From an uncultured virus (IMG/VR IMGVR_UViG_3300028165_000034) (taxonomy: Duplodnaviria; Heunggongvirae; Uroviricota; Caudoviricetes): a stretch of DNA of 57,354 nt. The DNA lies in IMG/VR virus record IMGVR_UViG_3300028165_000034, positions 62,001-119,354 of that record, one strand, 5' to 3'. The notes beneath the pieces are model-generated. The model searched no databases. It was not told the origin of the DNA and worked only from the letters and a program-made list of their open reading frames with translations. This document shows, one piece after another, positions 26,892 through 35,571 of the stretch (positions are counted from its first letter, which is position 1; each line of letters opens with the position of its first letter). The position numbers were made by a program, and so were the translations under genes.

Positions 26892-29846
26892 ATGTTTATT
26901 CCAGTTAGCTTGGCTTCTGGCTCAACCTACGTAGACGTAACCCTAGACGCCACTGGTGTTCTGAAAGCGGGTTGCGTGGTCACGTACAAGGGCCAAGACT
27001 ACGCTGCGAATACGGACATTCAGGTTACGAAAGGTGACACGGCACGTCTCACGACTACCGTGACTGCATACGCCGAGATTAGCGTGGTTCTCGCCGGGAA
27101 GACTTACCTCTGGTTCGTTGACCTGCCAAAGACTCTGCGTTACGTCACTACCCAGGCGTACAAGGCGATCACCGGCTCTACCTATGGCAAGCTGTACAAG
27201 CCAGGGTCGAGCAAGCAACTGTCCTACGCAGCCACCGGAACCTTCACCGTTGCCGATGCAGTCGCATCCATCGACTACGCCAAGAAGGAAATCTGGTTCT
27301 TCAACACTGCCGACGAGGTGAAGAAACTCACCTTTGCGGAAACACCTGTCGCGATCACCTTTTCTCCTATCTGGAGCGAAGCTGACAACGTTGCTGCCGT
27401 GCCTTGGGTGGTCACTGCTGGCAAGCTGTACAAACTCACCAACCTGTTCGCCGTTGACTCGTCCTACACGCTGACTGGTACGCCTCTGGCTGCCACTGGC
27501 GACATGGAAGGCAACATTGTCATCGGCTTCGCTGACCGTATCGAAGTCTGGAGCAACGCGGGCGCGCTGCTGTATACCCAGACTGGCACGTTCACTGGAT
27601 TGACCTCGATTGTGTGCGACAACTCTGGCCTGCTCTATCTGGGCATGGCTTCGGGTATCACCACAGTTGCGCGGGTTGCAGGTTCGTTCACCGTGACGCA
27701 GATTCTGGCTCGCCCAGGTTTGTACTTCGACATGGACCTGAACGATGTATACGTCTATGCGGTTGACGCAACGAACCGTTGTTTGCTGCTTATCAACCGC
27801 AACTCCAAGGCACTGGAGAAGACGGTCTACTACTCCAAGGTTCCTCTGGACGTAGTGGTCTACCGCAGTGAAATCTACGTGTCCTTCCTCGACACCACTG
27901 GCATCATCAAGTATGACCAAACACTTGGTAATGCGACCGACGTCGCTACCACTGTGCGGTCGGCTGGTGCTGCTTACATGGGCGAGGTTGTTGTCACCGA
28001 CCTGTATTCGGATGCTGCGGACGTCACCTCTGCGGAAGCGAACGTCAGCCCTGTGCAGACCATCGTGGAGAACGTGCCGTACAACGCCGCGTATGAGTAC
28101 ACGTGGACAGTCAACTGGGTTCGCCCAGAGTTTGTCAAGCTTGGCACCACGAACGCGACGGTCACGGTCAACGGTCTTCCGTGGACTTCGGGTTACCTGA
28201 AGAAAGACGACGTGGTAAAGATCAGCGTACCGGCACGGGCGTCGTACTACGATGCGCAAGCGGTCACGTTCATGGGCCGTCGGGCAACCACGTTCCAGTT
28301 GCGCACCGAGCCGAAGCTGTTCCCAACGTTGAGCACGCTTGACCAAGTGAACGATGCTCTGCCGCGCGTGCAATACGAGGACCTCTTCGCTGTCGAAGGT
28401 ATGACTGACGGGTTCAGCGTGGACATTGACACCGATGAATCCATCATCGAGTTCAGCGTCAACGGGGGTGACTTCGGTAAGACAGGCACGATCAAGAACG
28501 GTGACATTGTTGTGGTTCACGCCACTCCAGTAAGCCTCTTGGCGCAGCGTATTGCGTACACCATCAACACCGTGTACGACAAGCCTGTGGCGACGTGGAC
28601 AATCCTGATGATGCAGCTTAACGGCGCATTGGTCTGGGAAGAGAACGTGGTCGATGTGCCTCGTGGTTTGACCGTTGTGTACGAGCCGCCAGAGCGTGTG
28701 AGTAATGAGCCGCTTGTCGGTGATTGGTACGATAGCAACTCGGTGCAGAGCTGGACTGCCGACGAGCCTGATGTAAGCACGCAACCTACAGTGCTGAGCG
28801 CTGATGGGTACTCGCCAGTGTGCGACAAGACTCGCATCATCAAGCTCAACGCTGTGCCGTCACCGGTACTTACCAAGTCGCAATTTGCCAAGTCGCAACT
28901 CCAGACCGCGGATCGCCTACCTTCCCAGACAGTGCTTAAGGTGCAGGCAGAAGCCGAAGCCCAGCGCACGCATTGGGACAAGCTGATCCTGTTCAGTGCC
29001 TGGGACGCCAACCGCTCCTACCTCGGCAAGACGGTATACACACCGTCTGAGTTCAGCCGCGATGTGGCTACAGTCAAGCTGGTACAGATCGACGTGAAGG
29101 ACAACTTCAGGCTTAATCACCTGAACGCGCCGCAGTATTCACCATTGACGTACAAGCAGACTCCGCTGAGCACTCCACGGTATCGCCCGCTTGCGTACTA
29201 TCGCTATGCCGCCAAGGCTCCGATGTACCGCGACATGGAGATCAAGCTGGATCACCTGAACGCTCCGATGTATCTGGATACTGTTTGGGAACAGCCTCAA
29301 GTGAGCCGTGCGTGGCAATTCACTATGGGTGTGGACAAGTTCTACCGCTACCCAGTGAGTTTTGTTGATGCGATCTACCAGCGTCATCACACGCTTGGTC
29401 AGGCGTTCTCTCCGATGCCTTTCATCGAGGGTCTGCGTCCGAACAACAAGCGCATCGAGGTGTCGCTGAGCTTCGTTATGCGTCCGCCTCGTGTTGCCTA
29501 TGGTGTAAACACTGCGTATGAGCGGCGTCAAGCGCTCACTCGTTCTGAGCAACCCATGGCTTACGTGCGCAACGTGTCTTCGATCAAGGAAGTGGCCAAA
29601 GCCGCACCGTCGTTCGAGACGCCGAAGCGTAATAGCTACACCATGGCCGACGAATCGCGCGGTGTGTTTGCAACACAAGCACAGGCTGAGGCTTACGTCG
29701 CCACGTTGGGACTTGAGCTGGAAGTGGAGTATCGTCAGATCGACGGCAAGTGGATTTTCGTCACCTTGCCAGTAGCTGTCGCCGCGTCGTGCCCTGTCAC
29801 GCAGCCTGAGTTCAAGAAACGTTTCGGCTATGTGAGAGGTGGCTGA
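26892..29846 (+). CDS. Large virion protein with probable beta-propeller region
   Basis: 984 aa; propeller-like blades (YVYAVDATNR, PLDVVVY); GGAG RBS. Confidence 0.65.
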   Translation: MFIPVSLASGSTYVDVTLDATGVLKAGCVVTYKGQDYAANTDIQVTKGDTARLTTTVTAYAEISVVLAGKTYLWFVDLPKTLRYVTTQAYKAITGSTYGKLYKPGSSKQLSYAATGTFTVADAVASIDYAKKEIWFFNTADEVKKLTFAETPVAITFSPIWSEADNVAAVPWVVTAGKLYKLTNLFAVDSSYTLTGTPLAATGDMEGNIVIGFADRIEVWSNAGALLYTQTGTFTGLTSIVCDNSGLLYLGMASGITTVARVAGSFTVTQILARPGLYFDMDLNDVYVYAVDATNRCLLLINRNSKALEKTVYYSKVPLDVVVYRSEIYVSFLDTTGIIKYDQTLGNATDVATTVRSAGAAYMGEVVVTDLYSDAADVTSAEANVSPVQTIVENVPYNAAYEYTWTVNWVRPEFVKLGTTNATVTVNGLPWTSGYLKKDDVVKISVPARASYYDAQAVTFMGRRATTFQLRTEPKLFPTLSTLDQVNDALPRVQYEDLFAVEGMTDGFSVDIDTDESIIEFSVNGGDFGKTGTIKNGDIVVVHATPVSLLAQRIAYTINTVYDKPVATWTILMMQLNGALVWEENVVDVPRGLTVVYEPPERVSNEPLVGDWYDSNSVQSWTADEPDVSTQPTVLSADGYSPVCDKTRIIKLNAVPSPVLTKSQFAKSQLQTADRLPSQTVLKVQAEAEAQRTHWDKLILFSAWDANRSYLGKTVYTPSEFSRDVATVKLVQIDVKDNFRLNHLNAPQYSPLTYKQTPLSTPRYRPLAYYRYAAKAPMYRDMEIKLDHLNAPMYLDTVWEQPQVSRAWQFTMGVDKFYRYPVSFVDAIYQRHHTLGQAFSPMPFIEGLRPNNKRIEVSLSFVMRPPRVAYGVNTAYERRQALTRSEQPMAYVRNVSSIKEVAKAAPSFETPKRNSYTMADESRGVFATQAQAEAYVATLGLELEVEYRQIDGKWIFVTLPVAVAASCPVTQPEFKKRFGYVRGG

Positions 29847-30376
29847 TGATTACTCAAAGTCAATTCCGCTACGCCAAACCCATCACGGCAAATCTGCGCG
29901 GGCTTGTAAAGGCGCGCAGTGTCAGCTATCAGGACACGTCGTTCACCGACTATCTGGTCATGGTACCGATCAACCGCAATATGTTCGACGTGTTCACGCT
30001 TGACGGGATCACGCTCAACCGCGAAGAGGGATTCTTCCCTGAGTATTACTTCGAGGATGGGAAGCTGGTTGTACGGGAACCTGGGGACTACATTGTGCGC
30101 GTCTACTCGGAAATCCTTCCGTTTGAAGACACCACGATCAACGTCACCAGCAACATGGTACAGGCAGAAGGTAACTCGTTCGTCACGTCCATACCGTTCT
30201 GGCCTCAGATTTTGGGGCAACCACAGAATGGTGTAGCGCGTGTGAGCAACGATGGTCGGCGTATGTCGTATGTCAGTAATGGCTTCACGGGCAATGACTC
30301 GTTCAGCTACCGAATGGTCAATGCTTATGGACAAGTAAGTGAGCCAGCCTGCTGCTACGTCACAGCCGCAGCGTAA
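29846..30376 (+). CDS. Ig-like (Big_9/cadherin-like) domain protein
   Basis: QPQNG.......SY.SNGFTGNDSFSY motif. Confidence 0.75.
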   Translation: MITQSQFRYAKPITANLRGLVKARSVSYQDTSFTDYLVMVPINRNMFDVFTLDGITLNREEGFFPEYYFEDGKLVVREPGDYIVRVYSEILPFEDTTINVTSNMVQAEGNSFVTSIPFWPQILGQPQNGVARVSNDGRRMSYVSNGFTGNDSFSYRMVNAYGQVSEPACCYVTAAA

Positions 30377-30380
30377 TACC

Positions 30381-30414
30381 AGGGTTGGTAGTCTCACGGC
30401 TGCCGACCCTTTTT
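30381..30414 (+). terminator. Rho-independent terminator
   Basis: AGGGTTGGTAGTC-TCAC-GGCTGCCGACCCT then T run (G-U pairs). Confidence 0.8.
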
Positions 30415-30431
30415 CATTTAGGGACAAAAAC

Positions 30432-31886
30432 ATGCTTAGCCTAGTACCTCGCTTTGCTCTCTGGCCCAAAGATCGACTTGGGCAAGACGTATCACTTCTC
30501 GGCACGTACACAAAGGCTAGGATCAGCGATCTTGGTATGAACTATCAGCTTCACCACGATCCCAATGTGTTCTATACGCCTAACCAACCAGTGGAGCGAA
30601 TTGACCCGAACTTCCAATTTGAATCCACAAACTTCAACACTGGTGTTCCCTATCCGTCACTCTACGCTGTCGGGGACAAGTTGGTATCGAGCCGATCCGT
30701 TGCGAGTATCTCCCAGCTAGCCACAGACGGTAAGACCTTCACTACCAAGATGGCAGGTAGTACGTACGGACACGGCTCACTAACCGCCTTCAAAAATGAG
30801 TTGGTCTACCAGATCATCCGATCTAGCCAGAACGCTTATGAGGCACGGCCGAACTCCAAAGATATGTCAGGCACGGCGACGGTCAAGTCTACCGCTTCAC
30901 CGCCCGCAGTCGACCCGTACTACTGGGGTAAGAGCAAGAATGCCTTAGTCGGCTCCACATCCTGGTCAGCATCTGGCAGCAACGTGTTCGTCTGCTGGAA
31001 CTTCCCAACGTTTATTCAGTACGGTGGGCTGGGTCCAAGTATGGGTGTGACCTCAAATGCCCGTTACGTGTATTTCGGGTATAACGTGTTCTATGGGTTC
31101 CAGAGCACAAACCAGCAGATGCTGCTGTATGTAGGCCCCACTCAGGGTCAGACTGCAGGCCTGTTGGACATGCGACCATATGGAGTCCAATCCATCGCCC
31201 ACGTTGACAAGTATCTGTTCCTCGTGAAAAACAACACCCTGATGATCGCCTCACTCGCGCCGCAACCTGACGATCCTAACGCGACACAAGCGCAGGTAAC
31301 AGCCTATGTAGCCAAAATCAAGGCGCTACTTGATGACCTCTCGGTAAAGAACTGGAAGACCATCGACAAGCTCTCTGGTATTTTCCAAGCGGGTTACCGC
31401 TGGGGATCGCAGCACTTTGTCACGCATAGCCTGTTTACTGCCAACTCAACTACCAAGACCAACATCTGGAAGGTTGAGGAGAAAATCGCAAAAGCCTTCA
31501 CCATTACTGCAGGCAGGCAAGTCGGCAGTGACGCTAACTTGGGCTCAACTGGTTATGTGGACAACACAAACGGCAGTTATGGGCTTGCAGGTAACGCGGG
31601 TACGATTCAAAACACGACAGGTGAAGGTGTTCGGATTTGCTGTGATTGGATACAGGCCTCAGGTAACAACGGGTATAACGGATTCTCCATAGAAATCACA
31701 GGAGCGCACGCGGATATTCGTGCTAAGTACAAAGGGATCAAGGCAAATGGTAAATGGTTCTATTTCGACCTTAATTCAACAATTACTGCGCAGGTCGGTC
31801 TAGGTAATACCATATACAGTTGGTGGAACACACTCGCTGACTTCGTTGACGGTGAGACCTACACCATAGAATTAATCCAAGCATAG
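30432..31886 (+). CDS. Putative receptor-binding/tail protein A (N-term MLSLVPRFALWP)
   Basis: ATG 30432 after AGGGA; beta-rich; visibly more A/T-ending codons than neighbours. Confidence 0.65.
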   Translation: MLSLVPRFALWPKDRLGQDVSLLGTYTKARISDLGMNYQLHHDPNVFYTPNQPVERIDPNFQFESTNFNTGVPYPSLYAVGDKLVSSRSVASISQLATDGKTFTTKMAGSTYGHGSLTAFKNELVYQIIRSSQNAYEARPNSKDMSGTATVKSTASPPAVDPYYWGKSKNALVGSTSWSASGSNVFVCWNFPTFIQYGGLGPSMGVTSNARYVYFGYNVFYGFQSTNQQMLLYVGPTQGQTAGLLDMRPYGVQSIAHVDKYLFLVKNNTLMIASLAPQPDDPNATQAQVTAYVAKIKALLDDLSVKNWKTIDKLSGIFQAGYRWGSQHFVTHSLFTANSTTKTNIWKVEEKIAKAFTITAGRQVGSDANLGSTGYVDNTNGSYGLAGNAGTIQNTTGEGVRICCDWIQASGNNGYNGFSIEITGAHADIRAKYKGIKANGKWFYFDLNSTITAQVGLGNTIYSWWNTLADFVDGETYTIELIQA

Positions 31887-31898
31887 TAGGTAATCACA

Positions 31899-31958
31899 CT
31901 GCCGATATTTGTACCACGCTTCGCGCCCTGTCTTGTAACTAGACCGGAGAACGTTTGA
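31899..31958 (+). pseudogene. Decayed remnant of an MLSL(V/I)PRF(A/S)LWP-family gene start
   Basis: AGG...CTG CCG ATA TTT GTA CCA CGC TTC GCG CCC TGT = LPIFVPRFAPC, aligning with MLSLVPRFALW, then early TGA. Confidence 0.45.
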
Positions 31959-32120
31959 ACTGCGGATTTGGAGTCTGCACTACTTGAAGATCACATTCTT
32001 GGTTGTGTGCGGTGCCGTATTACCACATGGGTCTTTCCCTAAGTTCAAGCAGGTGGTGTAATTTCAACACTGCGTAATGGTCAATCCCAACAACGCACCA
32101 ATCCATGCAAGTAGGTGCTT

Positions 32121-35100
32121 ATGCTCTCACTCATCCCTAAGTTTTCACTCTGGCCAATCGCCAGACCTTTGAAGACCCAGAAAGGATTCACTACAATCGC
32201 AGTCGGTGCTAATGGCCTGATCGCTCGTACTACCGACGGCGTTACATGGACGGAACCCGCGTCTGGTGTCACTACTGAACTGCACATGGCAGCATATGGT
32301 GGTGGCGTCTGGATGATTGTCGGCGCAAGTTCCACGATCCTGAAGTCTACTGACGACGGCGTGACGTGGACTAAGCTCACGGTCTCTACGGATATCATAA
32401 CTAACGTGCCAATGGCACAAGCGTCGATTGTATATGACGCTGGTCGTTTTCTAGTCATCACCAATAACCGTATGTGTATCTACACTACGGACAACGGCGC
32501 TACGTGGACGCGCATCAACGCTTCCTCTATGCACACCAACTACTTCAAGCGGCGTGCGCGTCGCTGGGATGCTGACGGCAAGATTTACCAGAACGGTGGC
32601 GCATCGGGTGCGGGTTACACCGTGTTCAACTGGAACGGTACGGGCTACGTGGCTGTCAACGAGAACGCTGTCTCGGGTTCGACCTACATTGTCCAGTCGG
32701 CCATCGCAGGCAGTGCAACTACCCTAGCTTCGCTGCAACAAGGTGCGTCGATCAACCGCAAGAAAGACGGCGTCTGGACGAAGACACGTAACGGCGGCAG
32801 CAACGAAGACATGGTTGATGGCGGTATGAGCTACAACGCCAACAGCAATGCGTTCTATGCTGTAGGTAATACCGGCAGCGGCCCAACGATCTTCTTCGGT
32901 GTCGATGGTGACAACTGGCAAACGCTGCCGAACACGACCACCATGTTTGGCGGTGCTGGGCAAAAGCTCTCGGACATTAGCTCCTACGACAAGAACTCGT
33001 TCATCGTTGGCGGTACCAAAATCTTCACCTCGACGGACTGGACCACGTGGGGTCTTGCGTACACGGCAGGATCAGCGTTCAACACCGTGAGTACCCGCGA
33101 GCGCGTTATCAACACCATCGGCGATGCGTACCGCTGGCGTCTTGTGTCGTTCAAGGACAATGAGCACATCGACGACGTGACCGAGAAATTCATGACGTCG
33201 TGGAACACAATGCCTACGCTTGCCAATCAGCGTATGCGTACAACGTCCGACGGCCAAGGTCTGTACGAAGACGACATGGTGTTGTTCGATGGCACCGAAG
33301 ACTTCACTGTGGGTATCACGCTCACGCCTGCGACCCAGCTTGCGGCAAACGTGGGTAAAGACCTGCACATCTTCTCGGGTGATGCGCAAGGTGGACGTGG
33401 TACTTGGTACTGCAACTGGGCTACCAATTTCCAGAACTTCCTGTTCCGGTTCTATAAGGCAGACGGGACCCAAGTTGCAGTGATCCCATCAGGCGTTCTG
33501 ACACTGGCTGCCAACGTGGACTTCCACATTGAGTTGGGTCGCAAGAACGGTGTTCTGTACATCTTCTACAACGGTGTCAAGCAGACCATCAACGCGATTG
33601 ACACTGGTGCAAGTCAGGCGCAGCAGGCAGCAGTCAAAGGCTTGAGCCTGGGTATGACTGGCTCCAGCAACGGCTTCAACGGCTGGCGTCGCAACTTCTA
33701 CATCGACCGCGGCATCTGCCGACACACCGAGAGCTTCACGCCTGATTTGGCACCTATGGAGCACGTTCGCACTGTCTACTCGGATGAAGATGCGGCTGCT
33801 ATCCGCTGCCAGTTCGATATGCGTCGAGACTCCAATCACAACGTTGCATCTGGACGTGCGCTGACCTTCTTGGGTTACGCCAACTGCTACGTGCGCCGTG
33901 GTCGTATCTACTTCGGTGGCACACAGTCGGCGACTGCTAACTGCTATCAGATGCAGATTGACCCATGGGGTGCTGGAGACTTCACGCTAGAAGCGTCGCT
34001 GCTCGTTACGGCAACAAATGCAAACGGAGGCATCCTGATTGCTGAGTGGTACTACGGTACAGCAACGGACGAACGTAACCGTTGGGCATTCAGCATCGGT
34101 AATGACCGCAAGGTATACTTTGGCATCGCGCAGAACGCGGCTGGCTCCAGCGCAACCTACGTTATCTCGAAGCTGGCGCTAACCAATGGTCTGTCTTACA
34201 AGATCATCGTTGAGCGTGTTAGTGGTGTCATTACGATCTACCTGCTGGATGCGTACACAGGCGTGCTGCTAGACTCCACGTCTGCCAATATCCCGTACCC
34301 GATTCGCGGTAGTATGCCTCGTACAATCTCCAACTCGTCGGCCGCAGGTAACTTCTGGGCTGGTACCGGACAGATGTGGGACATTCGCATTGCTGACAAG
34401 GCAATGTACAACGGGAAGCCTGTGCTGCTCAACGGCTTCCCAGCGTTCCCAGATCGTCGCTACTCCGAGAGCGATCAGGCAAACGTCGTTGCGCAGTTCA
34501 ACGGCAGCAACCCGATCGAGCAAATCTCCTCGGCGTATGTTGCTGTCTCGGGAAGTGCAGTGATAATCAACAACCAGTTGCAGATTCCAAACGGCGGTGG
34601 ATTCCAGTTCTCGAAGACTACGCCGCCATTCATGGCAGCCGACTTCACGATTGAATGCCGCATGTTGTTCAACACCATTGCAGCCAATCCATGCTCCGTC
34701 ATCGGTCAGTTCCTGAACTCGCGCAGTGACAACTCGTGGCACTTCCGCATCATGAACGGTCACATTGGCGCTGTGTTGTCGAAGACTGGTGCTGCGCTGA
34801 CTGATCTGGTCGTGCTGGAGTCAACGATCACGGCTGTCGCTGGTGTGGAATACTACGTGGTTGTTGAACGCGTCGGGTCTACCATCACGCTGTATGTCGA
34901 TGGTGTGCCGAGTGCTACTGCAACCTACGCTGGCAACTTTGGACAATCGCCTATAGCAATTCAGCGCGGTGACATTAGCTCCTACGCTGGAGTCTTGCGT
35001 GATCTGCGTTGCTCTAAGGTGTCGCAGTACAAAGGCAACGTGCCTAAGTTCCCGCAGTATCCACGAGTGCGTAAGCCCAAGCCTCACATCACTCTCGGGT

Positions 35101-35495
35101 TCCATCAAGGTGGTGTCGGTACGCTCTACGGTTACATGGAGAACAGCGACTACACGTCTCAAGTCGGCTGGATTTCGTTGGGCAGTTGCTCGCAGAAGCT
35201 CTGGCAGGTTGGCGGAGTCGTGCGCCGCATCAAAGGCCTGTTCATTGACCGCAATAACTACATGATTATTGGCTGGGAGGTGACGAACATCACACCAACT
35301 CCGGATATCCCTCTGTGGACGGAGACGCTGGAGATAAACGGTACGCGGTTCGGTAACCTAAGTGGTCAGCCATACAGCGGTTTCACAACCCCGCTGGCTT
35401 CAATGGGTACAGGCACGTCCGTGTACTGGAGCGGAGCTGCTTCGTTCTGGGGTACGCTGCAAGAAGGGCGCATGGTGTCCTTCGACTTCGTGTAA
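32121..35495 (+). CDS. Putative receptor-binding protein B (BNR/propeller N-half plus three LamG/ConA-like domains)
   Basis: N-term MLSLIPKFSLWP; S.DDG.TW BNR repeats; repeated DFT(V/L/I)..., ER.G..ITLYVDG, DLR/DIRI LamG motifs. Confidence 0.75.
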   Translation: MLSLIPKFSLWPIARPLKTQKGFTTIAVGANGLIARTTDGVTWTEPASGVTTELHMAAYGGGVWMIVGASSTILKSTDDGVTWTKLTVSTDIITNVPMAQASIVYDAGRFLVITNNRMCIYTTDNGATWTRINASSMHTNYFKRRARRWDADGKIYQNGGASGAGYTVFNWNGTGYVAVNENAVSGSTYIVQSAIAGSATTLASLQQGASINRKKDGVWTKTRNGGSNEDMVDGGMSYNANSNAFYAVGNTGSGPTIFFGVDGDNWQTLPNTTTMFGGAGQKLSDISSYDKNSFIVGGTKIFTSTDWTTWGLAYTAGSAFNTVSTRERVINTIGDAYRWRLVSFKDNEHIDDVTEKFMTSWNTMPTLANQRMRTTSDGQGLYEDDMVLFDGTEDFTVGITLTPATQLAANVGKDLHIFSGDAQGGRGTWYCNWATNFQNFLFRFYKADGTQVAVIPSGVLTLAANVDFHIELGRKNGVLYIFYNGVKQTINAIDTGASQAQQAAVKGLSLGMTGSSNGFNGWRRNFYIDRGICRHTESFTPDLAPMEHVRTVYSDEDAAAIRCQFDMRRDSNHNVASGRALTFLGYANCYVRRGRIYFGGTQSATANCYQMQIDPWGAGDFTLEASLLVTATNANGGILIAEWYYGTATDERNRWAFSIGNDRKVYFGIAQNAAGSSATYVISKLALTNGLSYKIIVERVSGVITIYLLDAYTGVLLDSTSANIPYPIRGSMPRTISNSSAAGNFWAGTGQMWDIRIADKAMYNGKPVLLNGFPAFPDRRYSESDQANVVAQFNGSNPIEQISSAYVAVSGSAVIINNQLQIPNGGGFQFSKTTPPFMAADFTIECRMLFNTIAANPCSVIGQFLNSRSDNSWHFRIMNGHIGAVLSKTGAALTDLVVLESTITAVAGVEYYVVVERVGSTITLYVDGVPSATATYAGNFGQSPIAIQRGDISSYAGVLRDLRCSKVSQYKGNVPKFPQYPRVRKPKPHITLGFHQGGVGTLYGYMENSDYTSQVGWISLGSCSQKLWQVGGVVRRIKGLFIDRNNYMIIGWEVTNITPTPDIPLWTETLEINGTRFGNLSGQPYSGFTTPLASMGTGTSVYWSGAASFWGTLQEGRMVSFDFV

Positions 35496-35571
35496 GGACA
35501 ATCCACGGCTCAAGGACGAGCCCCACGTCATCTGACCGGATACCATTATTCGACTCTAAGAGAACCCACCT

